Shown: positions 7,170-14,871 of the stretch, in pieces
Numbering within the stretch: position 1 is the first letter of the stretch
Layout of the letters: each line of letters begins with the position of its first letter
Origin: Myxococcota bacterium
GTDB lineage: Bacteria > Myxococcota_A > UBA796 > SXON01
Length of the DNA: 14,871 nt
NCBI GenBank assembly: GCA_040386535.1
Contig: JAZKFH010000070.1
Coordinates: forward strand, 25,591 to 40,461
Direction of reading: 5' to 3'
Notes under the pieces: model-generated
Seen by the model: the letters and a program-made list of their open reading frames with translations, nothing else
Told to the model about the DNA's origin: nothing
Database searches by the model: none
Program-made: the position numbers and the translations under genes

Positions 7170-7716
7170 GCTTTCCGACCCGCACCTCGTGGGCGCCCAC
7201 GACCACCGTCTCAACCGTCGAGTCGGAGCCCGCGTCCTGCTCCCAGGACCACGCGCAGGTCCCATCGTCCCACGACGTATCGCTGTAGGAGCCCGTGTAG
7301 CCGCTCCCCCCGCGCGTCTGCGCGGTGAAGGCCCCGTCCGTCGGCCACGACGGATCGAGCTCCCCCGCCCAGGCGGCGGTCCAAGTGCGCGTGTTGGAGA
7401 TCCCGGACGAGGAAGTGCGCACGTAGTCGAAGTCCACCGAGAGGGCCGACCAGGACTCCGACGGCGGGTCGACGGTGATCGAGACCCGTTCGGTCGTGTA
7501 CAGGACGAGGCTCTCGGTGTATCGGGCGCTCTCGTCGCGCCAGGTGACGACCGCCCCCTCCGCCGTGGTGCAGGCGGCCTCCTCGCAGGAGGTGGAGCCC
7601 CGGGAGGGCGACGTACACGTGACCGGCGTGCACGTCATCCAGGCGAGCGCGACATCGAGCGCGGCCTCCCCTGCGTCGACACCAGCGCCCTTCCCCGCGG
7701 CGCCCTCTTCCGACAA
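7170..7716 (-). pseudogene. Probable truncated fragment of an extracellular protein
   Basis: Thr/Ser/Trp/Cys-rich sequence with GC3 bias at about 7170-7680. The frame then degenerates and reads out of frame over the C2 gene. No signal peptide or proper stop. Confidence 0.45.
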
Positions 7717-7825
7717 CCGGCGCTACAACGACGGCATGCCGTTCGGCACGCGCGGCGGCGATGCGAGCTTGTCTCCACGAGCAGCTGCATCAAGACGATG
7801 AGTCGACCGGCGCCTCAGCACAACG

Positions 7826-8728
7826 TCAGACTTTCACCGGCTCGGCCCGGCGCCGCGCGAAGTCGAGGAGCGCCTTGAAGGCGGCGGTCGGGTTTCGCCG
7901 GTTCGGATAGTAGAGGCTCAAGGGCGGCAGGATCGGCGTCCAGTCCTCGAGCACGCGCACGAGACGCCCGGCCGCGATGTCGTCCCGCACGTCGTACTCC
8001 ATGGCAAGGGCCAAACCGAAGGAGGAGAGGGCCGCCGCGCGACCGAGGCTTGCTTCATCGAGCGTCATGGGGCCCGCAACGTCGATATGAACCGACTGGC
8101 CGGCTCGCTCGAACGGCCAGCGGTGAATGGCGCCGTTGGGAAGCCGGACACGCAGGCACGAATGCCCGATCAGGTCGTGGGGAACCTGCGGCGTTCCGTG
8201 CGCCTGGAGATAGGCGGGTGAGCCGACCACGACGTTGCGCCGGGCCAGTCCCAGGGGCAGCGCGATCATGTCGTTGGGAACAAGGTCGGCGCTCCGCACG
8301 CCGAAATCGAAGCCGCCGGCGACGATGTCCACCAGGCGCCCCTCCGTGACGATGTCGATGTGGACCTGTGGGTGTTCGCGCACGAACGGTAGGACGAGGG
8401 AGGAGAAGATCTCTCTCGCCGCGGTTGGAAAGGCGTTGATGCGCAGCGTGCCGGAAGGCGTGGCCTGGCGAGAGCGCACGGCTTCCATCGCCTCATGAAT
8501 GTCCCGCACCGCGGGTGCGACCTGGGCGACGAACTGGTGGCCCGCCTCCGTCAAGGAGACGCTTCGCGTGGTTCGGTTGAAAAGACGGACGCCGAGCGTG
8601 CGCTCCAGCTTTCCGACGGCATTGCTGAGCGCGGTCGTCGAAACCCCGAGTTTGATCGCGGCCGTACGGAACTTGCCACAGCTGGCCACCATCAGGATCG
8701 CATCCAATTCGCTCAGGCTGCCTTGCAT
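7826..8728 (-). CDS. LysR-family transcriptional regulator (DmlR/CrgA-like), 300 aa
   Basis: Start 8728 [86 protein letters not shown]. Confidence 0.95.
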   Translation of the reverse strand: MQGSLSELDAILMVASCGKFRTAAIKLGVSTTALSNAVGKLERTLGVRLFNRTTRSVSLTEAGHQFVAQVAPAVRDIHEAMEAVRSRQATPSGTLRINAFPTAAREIFSSLVLPFVREHPQVHIDIVTEGRLVDIVAGGFDFGVRSADLVPNDMIALPLGLARRNVVVGSPAYLQAHGTPQVPHDLIGHSCLRVRLPNGAIHRWPFERAGQSVHIDVAGPMTLDEASLGRAAALSSFGLALAMEYDVRDDIAAGRLVRVLEDWTPILPPLSLYYPNRRNPTAAFKALLDFARRRAEPVKV

Positions 8729-8730
8729 GA

Positions 8731-8761
8731 TTGTCCTGTAGTTCGGGACGACACGTCCCGA
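8731..8761. promoter_or_regulatory. Putative LysR operator region in the divergent intergenic spacer
   Basis: GTCC-N9-GGAC dyad next to the LysR start, overlapping a perfect TCGGGACG-ACA-CGTCCCGA palindrome (8743-8761). Confidence 0.45.
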
Positions 8762-8857
8762 GTTATCCCGATTATCGAAAGACGTGTACACGTTATTTCG
8801 ACTGCACCCAGAGTCGCAGCCACCCCGGTCGCGACCGCAGCAAGCAGGACACGGACA

Positions 8858-9187
8858 ATGTCGCTCGAACTTCCCCCTCCGATCGCCGACTACGTCGAGG
8901 CCAACGCCCGGCTCGACATCGACGGCATGATGAAGCCCTTCGCAGCCGACGCGGTGCTGCTGGACAACGGCAAACGCCTTGCGGGCCATGCCGAGATCCG
9001 CAGCCTGCTCAAGAAGGCCGGGGTCGACCACAAGGCGATCTTCACCCCCGACACGATCCGGCACGAGAACGGCCAGGTCGTGGTCGAGGGCCCGGCGCAT
9101 GGCGATTTCCCGGGCAGCCCGATCCGCTTCACCTACCGCTTCGACCTCGACGGCAACACCATCAAGGCCCTGGAGATCACGGTATGA
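8858..9187 (+). CDS. SnoaL-like / NTF2 family protein, 109 aa
   Basis: [20 protein letters not shown]...[11 protein letters not shown]...[27 protein letters not shown] overlap with the SDR gene. Confidence 0.9.
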   Translation: MSLELPPPIADYVEANARLDIDGMMKPFAADAVLLDNGKRLAGHAEIRSLLKKAGVDHKAIFTPDTIRHENGQVVVEGPAHGDFPGSPIRFTYRFDLDGNTIKALEITV

Positions 9188-9972
9188 GCGTCCAAGCCGA
9201 TCCCAAGGAGTTCGCGGGCAAGCGCGTCCTCGTCAGCGGCGGGACCAAGGGTCTCGGCCGCGCCACCGTCCAACGCTTCCTGGCCGGAGGCGCCCGGGTG
9301 ATCACCTCCGCGCGCGGCGCCATGGAGCACATCGCGGGGGTCGAGTTCGTCCAGGCGGACCTGACCACGCCCGAGGGGGGAGAAGCCCTTGCGAAAGCGG
9401 CGCTCGAGCGTCTCGGCGGCATCGACATCCTCGCCCATGTGCTGGGAGGCTCGACCACGCCCGGCGGAGGTTTCGTCGCCCTGACGGACGACCACTGGCT
9501 GTCCGAACTGAACCTCAACCTCCTGGCCACGGTTCGTCTCGATCGTCTCCTGATTCCACAGATGATCGAGCGGGGCTCGGGCGCGGTGGTCCACGTGACC
9601 TCCATCCAGAGCGTCCTGCCCCTGCCGGAGTCCACCACCGCCTACGCCAGCGCCAAGGCCGCGCTGCGAACCTACAGCAAGTCCATCTCCAAGGAGCTCG
9701 GTCCCAAGGGCGTACGGGTCAACGCCGTCTCCCCCGGCTGGATCATGACCGAATCCACAGGAGAGTTTCTGGGACGCCTGCAGGCCGCCAACGGCGGCAC
9801 GCTCGAAGATGCCCGGCAGTCCGTCCTGGACGCGCTGGGCGGAATCTCGATCGGTCGAGGAGCCGAGCCCTTCGAGGTTGCCGAAGCCATCGCCTTCCTG
9901 GCCTCGGATCGCGCCGCATCGATCCATGGGTCAGAGCTCGTGGTCGATGGAGGTACGGTGCCGACTGTTTGA
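9184..9972 (+). CDS. SDR family oxidoreductase, 262 aa
   Basis: SGGTKGLG Rossmann motif, YASAK catalytic motif, [15 protein letters not shown]. Confidence 0.95.
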   Translation: MSVQADPKEFAGKRVLVSGGTKGLGRATVQRFLAGGARVITSARGAMEHIAGVEFVQADLTTPEGGEALAKAALERLGGIDILAHVLGGSTTPGGGFVALTDDHWLSELNLNLLATVRLDRLLIPQMIERGSGAVVHVTSIQSVLPLPESTTAYASAKAALRTYSKSISKELGPKGVRVNAVSPGWIMTESTGEFLGRLQAANGGTLEDARQSVLDALGGISIGRGAEPFEVAEAIAFLASDRAASIHGSELVVDGGTVPTV

Positions 9973-9996
9973 ACTCGGGGACGCCCACGCCGGATA

Positions 9997-10018
9997 CGGG
10001 GTGTGGCGCAGCTGGTAG
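9997..10018 (+). repeat. Exact 22-nt copy of the tRNA-Pro 5' end
   Basis: CGGGGTGTGGCGCAGCTGGTAG is identical to 3501-3522; the rest of the tRNA is absent. Confidence 0.9.
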
Positions 10019-10024
10019 GCGAAG

Positions 10025-10395
10025 CGGTCGCCGCCCGAGCGCTCGATTAGTGGAGGTAGCCGTGACTTCCTCTTGGACGGACGATGACGCGAACCTGCCC
10101 CGCCGGACACACGTTCGAGAAGACCAGCGCCTGTCCCGTGTGCCCGCACTGCGAGCAGGCACGGCTGGCAGGCTCCCCACTTCCTCGGATCGGTGCGCCG
10201 GCAACGCGCGCCCTGGAGCGTGCCGGCGTCACCCGCCTGGACCAGCTCACACGGTGGACGAGGGCGCAGTTGCTCGCCACCCACGGCGTCGGCCCCAAGG
10301 CGGTCGCCATCCTCGAGGAGGCGCTCGGCGCCCACGGGCTTGCCTTGGCCAGGGGGTAGGAGGCAGGAGACGGACCCGGCGTCGCGGGCCCACAC
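10025..10395 (+). repeat. 371-bp direct repeat, copy 1
   Basis: Identical by eye to 14268-14638 except C10371/T14614; offset 4243 bp. Confidence 0.95.
10084..10359 (+). CDS. Zn-finger plus RNA polymerase alpha-CTD-like / HhH DNA-binding protein, 91 aa (copy 1)
   Basis: CPAGHTFEKTSACPVCPHC followed by IGAPATRALERAGVTRLDQL...LLATHGVGPKAVAILEEAL. Confidence 0.85.
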   Translation: MTRTCPAGHTFEKTSACPVCPHCEQARLAGSPLPRIGAPATRALERAGVTRLDQLTRWTRAQLLATHGVGPKAVAILEEALGAHGLALARG

Positions 10396-10489
10396 TACGC
10401 AACGAGACCTCGGCGCCCGGGCTGTCCGCGTGTTGGCTCCGCGTCAGGACAGCGTTCGAGTATGAGTTTGGACGCCCGCCCTTCGGTTC

Positions 10490-10592
10490 GCCACGTTGTG
10501 TCGCGCGGCAAACACCGCGGCCGTCTGGTTCGACGCTTCGAGCGCGGTGACGAGCTCGCCCCACCGCTGGGCCGTTGGTGTGAGGGACGATG
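10490..10592 (-). pseudogene. IS66-family accessory protein TnpA N-terminal fragment
   Basis: TAQRWGELVTALEASNQTAAVFAARHNV resembles IS66 TnpA (W..LV...E.S..T...FA.RH.V); truncated, no TnpB/TnpC. Confidence 0.55.
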
Positions 10593-10622
10593 GATGGAGG
10601 ATCGCGCCAGCGACTCCATCGC

Positions 10623-10744
10623 TGTCGACGCCCCGCCACCGAACCCTCCTGGTGGGGCGTCGACATCTCGACACACTCGCACCGGGCCCCAAAGGGAGGG
10701 CGTCCACCTGTGGACTGCCTGCTACCGGCCGGCCGGTGGCAGGC
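10623..10744. repeat. Cluster of long palindromes
   Basis: TGTCGACGCCCCGCCA-N11-TGGTGGGGCGTCGACA (10623-10665); GTCCAC-CT-GTGGAC (10702-10715); GCCTGCTACCGGCC/GGCCGGTGGCAGGC (10717-10744). Confidence 0.65.
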
Positions 10745-10762
10745 GCCTCCGTGCGGAACTTA

Positions 10763-10920
10763 GGGCCCGCTCCTCAATAATGTCCGCATTCGGCCGCCCC
10801 TGGGCTCGCGTCCGCGGCGTCGCTCGTCGGTCACATGCCTACGGGCATGCTCCCTCCTCGCTCCTTGCGGCCGCGGCCCAGGGTCGCCCTCGGTGCTGGA
10901 CATTATTTCCGGGCGGACCC
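10763..10920. mobile_element. 158-bp MITE with 23-bp terminal inverted repeats and a TTA target duplication
   Basis: Left GGGCCCGCTCCTCAATAATGTCC vs reverse complement of right GGGTCCGCCCGGAAATAATGTCC (18/23); TTA at 10760-10762 and 10921-10923; self-complementary interior. Confidence 0.75.
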
Positions 10921-11967
10921 TTAGTCCGTGCTGGCCCGGTCGTTCGGCGAGACCCAGTCGGACGCCGCCGCGGCGCCCCTCGCACCGGTGTCGCAGGTGC
11001 GAGCGAGGGTCGAGAGGTACTTCAAGTCCCGCTCGTAGTCCTCCCAGGCCGGGCTGCAGCACACCTCCTCGCGGGTCTGGTAGTACTGCTTGAGGGCGGC
11101 CTCCTTCGAGACCGCGGTGACGAAGATGAACTGGAACGTCACGCTCTCTTGGGCCGGCACCGAGCCCCGGTGGTTGATGTGCTGGGTGTTGTCGGCGCGG
11201 GTGTAGTTGTCGTCGCTGAACGTGGCGCCGCTCGCGTCGGGATCCCACCGCGTGTGCCCGACGCGCTCCGCGCCGTCGTCGCAGCGGCCGTAGGCGGTGA
11301 CGATCCCGGTCCCGCTCCCCTCGCTGAACACGAAGTTGTCCGACGGCACGGTGTCGTTACAGGTGGAGTAGTCGCCGAACGACTGCACGTCCTGGTCCGG
11401 GTCGACGCCGTGCATCAGGACGAAGTCCTGGTCGCGGCACGCGAGGTTCGTGATCGTGATGTCGATGATCAGCGCCTGGCTCTCGCGGGAGAGCCCGATC
11501 CCGTCTTCGTAGCCCCGCCCCGCGGCGCCCCAGTACTCGTGCTTGTGGATCTGCAGGTCACCGGCGCGCCAGGTCGTGGTGGACCCGTTCGTGCCGGAGA
11601 AGCCGCCGAACGGCGCGAAGGTGACGGGGGTGATCGACCCGTACGCACCGACGGTGAGGGTGTCCCACGGGGCCGCCGGGATCGCGCCGATGCACTCGTT
11701 GCCGTTCCGCTCGAAGGTCCCGCCCGAGCTGTCGATGCTGACCTGCTGCCAGGGGTTGCCGGGGGCGGAGATGGGCGTGCTGTACCAGTCCAGCCCGGCG
11801 CCGGGGGAGGAGTCGTCCGCCCGCTCGTTCCAGAGTCCGTTCTGGTCACAGTAGTTCACATCGAACCCCGAGCCCGAGAACGGGTTCGGCGCGATCGGGG
11901 CGGCGTGGCTGGTGGAGGACAGGCTGGCCACCGCGGTCAGCACGGCAACCGAGAGAACTCGAGACAT
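10921..11967 (-). CDS. Secreted hypothetical protein, 348 aa
   Basis: Signal peptide MSRVLSVAVLTAVASLSSTSHA; AGGAG RBS; GC3 bias; acidic GVDPDQD motif and several Cys. Confidence 0.85.
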   Translation of the reverse strand: MSRVLSVAVLTAVASLSSTSHAAPIAPNPFSGSGFDVNYCDQNGLWNERADDSSPGAGLDWYSTPISAPGNPWQQVSIDSSGGTFERNGNECIGAIPAAPWDTLTVGAYGSITPVTFAPFGGFSGTNGSTTTWRAGDLQIHKHEYWGAAGRGYEDGIGLSRESQALIIDITITNLACRDQDFVLMHGVDPDQDVQSFGDYSTCNDTVPSDNFVFSEGSGTGIVTAYGRCDDGAERVGHTRWDPDASGATFSDDNYTRADNTQHINHRGSVPAQESVTFQFIFVTAVSKEAALKQYYQTREEVCCSPAWEDYERDLKYLSTLARTCDTGARGAAAASDWVSPNDRASTD

Positions 11968-12410
11968 GTTGGACTCCTAGTGTTGGAACGAGGCCGCACG
12001 CCATGTGCGGCTCCGGTGACGACGCGCGACCTGGGCCAGCTTCTCCGAAGGGTTCGACTCGCCTCAGCCTCGCATCGCGACGATACTACAGCTCTGTCGG
12101 CGAATGATCGAAAACTTTTTCGATGAGGACGATCGAGCTCGGCAGCGTGTCGGCGTCGGAAGCGCGGTCGTGGCTCCGGGGGCCGGACCTGCTCGCCCTC
12201 CGCCAGGTAGAGACGCGGCCCTGGTCAGTAGTATTGGGGGGTGCCAGTGTCTCACTTCTGTTGACATGCAGGGGCATCGCCGCCGTCGATGGTGTCGTCG
12301 CAGCTGCCCCGACGGCATGGTGCTCGACGCCAGCGGGAGCAGCATCGCGGGGAGGCTTGGACGCCCCGGCCCCAACCAAGATAGCCCCCCGCTCGCCGCG
12401 AGACCTGACC

Positions 12411-12932
12411 ATGCCGCTCCCCAAGTCCTTCCCCCGCTTCGAGGTCTGCGAGGTGCAGCACGGCGCCGGCCCGGAGCTTGGCTGCTTCGCGACGGTCGAC
12501 ATGGCGGATGGCACGCCGATCTGGGAGTTCACCGGCCCAACGTTCACGTACGCCGAGATGGCCGAGCGGGTGCGCGCGGGCGTGGAGCGCAGCGGCGACG
12601 ACCCGCTGCAGGTCGGCGGCGACCGCTTCATGGACCTCGAGCACCCGGCCGTGTGCTTCAACCACTCGTGCGACCCCAACGCCGCCCTGCGCGGCACGGC
12701 GGAGCTCGTGGCCGTGCGCGCCATCCGGGCTGGAGAGGAGATCCGCTACGACTATTCGCTCACCATCCCAGCCTCCAACACGTGGGTGATGGCGTTCGGC
12801 TGCGCGTGCGGCGCGGACGCCTGCCGCGGCACACTCGGCAACCGCCTCACGGTGCCCAAAGCGCGGGTGCGGGAGCTGCTCGCGAAGCGGGCGCTCCAGG
12901 ACTTCGTCGTGCGCGAGCTCCTGCCCGAGTAG
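12411..12932 (+). CDS. SET-domain protein-lysine N-methyltransferase with post-SET Zn site, 173 aa
   Basis: LGCFATVDM, FNHSCDPN, AIRAGEEIRYDY, CACGADACRG; start placed at ATG 12411 where coding-like sequence begins. Confidence 0.93.
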   Translation: MPLPKSFPRFEVCEVQHGAGPELGCFATVDMADGTPIWEFTGPTFTYAEMAERVRAGVERSGDDPLQVGGDRFMDLEHPAVCFNHSCDPNAALRGTAELVAVRAIRAGEEIRYDYSLTIPASNTWVMAFGCACGADACRGTLGNRLTVPKARVRELLAKRALQDFVVRELLPE

Positions 12933-12979
12933 GATCCAGGAAGGATGGCAGGCGCAGGGCGCTCCGGTACGGGGACGCG

Positions 12980-13981
12980 ATGTACATCGGCTCCCGCTGG
13001 CCTGACCTCGCGCCCGCCCTGCAAGCCCTGGCCCCCGCCGGGAGCGGGCTCACGGTGCGGGCGATCACCCCTGGGGAGGTGGCCGAGCTCATCGCGAACC
13101 TGCGCGCGTGGTACCCCGCGCTGGCCGTCGCGGCGGTCAGCTACATGCTCGACCCCGCGTTCTACGCCGAGCAGGTGGCCTTCGCGGGGGAGACGCCGCC
13201 CTTCGCCGAGCGCCCGTACCTGGTGGTGGTGGTGGAGAGCGCCAGCGAGATGGTGTCGTGCCTGCTCCTGGCCGCGGAGGAGGAGGGCCGCGTCGTGTCC
13301 GGGACGATGACCGTGGTGGCGCCGGGAGCGTACGGCAAGGGCCTCGGCGGCGTCTCGGCCCGCGGCACGGTGGGGGTGGCCGAGGCCATCGGCGCCGATC
13401 TGGCCTACGCGCTGGCGGCGCTCGACAACCACGCGTCGCGCAAGGCGCTGGAGGCGGCCGGGATGTCCTTGTGCGCCGTGGTGCCGGGCTGCGAGCGGAA
13501 GCTCCTCGCGTCCGGCGAGGTCGTGTGGGTGGCCGAGGCGCTGTATGTGAAGGCGTTCGCGCCGGAAGAAGAGCGCGTGAAGCCCGCGGCGAGCTTGCTG
13601 ACGCCCGCCGTGGCGGCGATGTTCGCGGCGTTGACCAGCGCGGAGGCGCCAACTTTCGCGGCCAAGGGGGCGACTACCGCTGTCCGCGCCACCGCCATCG
13701 ACGCCGGCTGCTGCTTCGTCTCCCTCCGCGACCTCGACGCCCAGCGCACGGCAGAGGCGGCCGGGCTCGTGCCGCTCGGCCTGGTGGCCGGCAGCGACCG
13801 GCACCAGGTCAGCGAAGCCGTGGCGTTTGGCTACGACGCGCTCTATGGGCGGCCCTCGGACAGCTTCGAGGGCCACGTGTGGCCAGAGCTGGGTGGCCTG
13901 CCGCCGCGCCTCGCGGCGCTCACCGCTCTGGTGCGCGCCAGCCCGCCCCGCCGTGACTCGGGGCGGGCGCCGGCTGCCTGA
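12980..13981 (+). CDS. GNAT-family N-acetyltransferase with a partial second GNAT repeat, 333 aa
   Basis: Start 12980 MYIGSRW; acetyl-CoA motif VVAPGAYGKGLG and NHASRKALEAAGM; the C-terminal third repeats the second half of the domain. Confidence 0.75.
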   Translation: MYIGSRWPDLAPALQALAPAGSGLTVRAITPGEVAELIANLRAWYPALAVAAVSYMLDPAFYAEQVAFAGETPPFAERPYLVVVVESASEMVSCLLLAAEEEGRVVSGTMTVVAPGAYGKGLGGVSARGTVGVAEAIGADLAYALAALDNHASRKALEAAGMSLCAVVPGCERKLLASGEVVWVAEALYVKAFAPEEERVKPAASLLTPAVAAMFAALTSAEAPTFAAKGATTAVRATAIDAGCCFVSLRDLDAQRTAEAAGLVPLGLVAGSDRHQVSEAVAFGYDALYGRPSDSFEGHVWPELGGLPPRLAALTALVRASPPRRDSGRAPAA

Positions 13982-14267
13982 ACGGCCAAGGCACGGGCTG
14001 CCGACACCTGGGATACCCCAGCGACATCCTCCTCGCTCTCCCTGCCGGTTGTCTGTCGGTCAGAGAGGGACTGCGGCGGCCGGCGCTGCGAACGACCTGC
14101 TCCACCCGGTGGTGCAGGAGGGCCTCGCCGCGCTCCGGGGCGCGCTCGCTGCCGTCGACCACTCGCTCCCACGCCCCGTCCAGAAGGAGCTGGAGGTATT
14201 GGTTCGGGTCCGTCCTCGCGAGGCGCTCGGCGCCGATGACGATGGCCCCCGGCCGGGCAGGAGTAGC

Positions 14268-14638
14268 CGGTCGCCGCCCGAGCGCTCGATTAGTGGAGGT
14301 AGCCGTGACTTCCTCTTGGACGGACGATGACGCGAACCTGCCCCGCCGGACACACGTTCGAGAAGACCAGCGCCTGTCCCGTGTGCCCGCACTGCGAGCA
14401 GGCACGGCTGGCAGGCTCCCCACTTCCTCGGATCGGTGCGCCGGCAACGCGCGCCCTGGAGCGTGCCGGCGTCACCCGCCTGGACCAGCTCACACGGTGG
14501 ACGAGGGCGCAGTTGCTCGCCACCCACGGCGTCGGCCCCAAGGCGGTCGCCATCCTCGAGGAGGCGCTCGGCGCCCACGGGCTTGCCTTGGCCAGGGGGT
14601 AGGAGGCAGGAGATGGACCCGGCGTCGCGGGCCCACAC
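14268..14638 (+). repeat. 371-bp direct repeat, copy 2
   Basis: Matches 10025-10395 with one mismatch. Confidence 0.95.
14327..14602 (+). CDS. Zn-finger plus RNA polymerase alpha-CTD-like / HhH DNA-binding protein, 91 aa (copy 2)
   Basis: Protein identical to 10084-10359. Confidence 0.85.
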   Translation: MTRTCPAGHTFEKTSACPVCPHCEQARLAGSPLPRIGAPATRALERAGVTRLDQLTRWTRAQLLATHGVGPKAVAILEEALGAHGLALARG

Positions 14639-14701
14639 CGGATGGTGGGCGTTGTGAATCTGGCGGTCGGTTGGCACCGCGAGCCGATGAAGGCGGCGCT
14701 T

Positions 14702-14839
14702 GTGGAGGGCGAGGGCCGTATCGTGGCTGAACACGTCGGCGCGATCGCTCCAGAGCCACGCGACGACGACGTCCTCGTGCTCGCCCGATGGGAACTCGAC
14801 GAGCCGGTACACGCCACGCCGTGCCCGGTCAATCCCGCC
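14702..14839 (-). pseudogene. AbiEi-family (type IV TA) antitoxin fragment
   Basis: GIDRARRGVYRLVEFPSGEHEDVVVAWLWSDRADVFSHDTALALH matches the AbiEi pattern (RG.YRL ... SH.TAL.LH); truncated on both sides. Confidence 0.7.
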
Positions 14840-14871
14840 CGGAGGCCCTTGAACCGGCCGCGGCGTAAGCC

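Noticed and set aside
8223..8230. CCGACCAC match to the tRNA 3' end
   Set aside because: An 8-bp match inside the intact LysR gene with no hairpin or T-loop context; expected by chance
9997..10075. Second complete tRNA gene
   Set aside because: Similarity stops after 22 nt; no anticodon arm, T arm or acceptor 3' strand follows
10430..10465. TGGCTCCGCGTCAGGACAGCGTTCGA as another recombinase tail or antisense tRNA end
   Set aside because: The resemblance is vague, needs a frameshift and matches no tRNA in the window
12261..12266. Perfect TTGACA as the SET promoter
   Set aside because: No plausible -10 hexamer 16-18 bp downstream
12104..13981. 625-aa ORF suggesting a SET-GNAT fusion
   Set aside because: SET is in another frame with its own stop at 12932. 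The first 292 codons are shadow sequence, and the GNAT starts at 12980.
14060..14267. Coding-like stretch between the GNAT gene and repeat copy 2
   Set aside because: Both strands give plausible-looking peptides with no start, stop or recognisable motif; cannot be assigned
1..14871. CRISPR array or integron attC cassette array
   Set aside because: No regularly spaced repeat-spacer series, no cas or intI gene, and no consistent RYYYAAC/GTTRRRY pairs seen

Overview
High-GC bacterial DNA. The Cys-rich lipoproteins and secreted proteins suggest a Myxococcota/deltaproteobacterial-type genome (inference only). The left part (1-3620) looks like backbone: two lipoproteins, a cupin, a Fur-family regulator and a complete tRNA-Pro(CGG) at 3501-3576 with its promoter and terminator. 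Everything downstream of the tRNA looks like a mosaic integration hotspot. It holds a DUF433/DUF5615 (PIN) toxin-antitoxin pair, an SH3b lipoprotein, a deleted large serine recombinase remnant overlapping a tRNA-Pro-3'-like att site, a secreted stand-alone eukaryote-like C2-domain protein, a LysR/SnoaL/SDR module and an exact 22-nt copy of the tRNA 5' end. A 3.87-kb cassette follows (secreted protein, SET-domain methyltransferase, 1.5-fold GNAT acetyltransferase, 158-bp MITE). It is bracketed by 371-bp direct repeats, each encoding a Zn-finger/RNAP-alpha-CTD-like HhH protein. Short gene fragments (lipase, LuxR HTH, IS66 TnpA, AbiEi) lie between the intact genes. All family calls come from motif recognition by eye, not from database searches.
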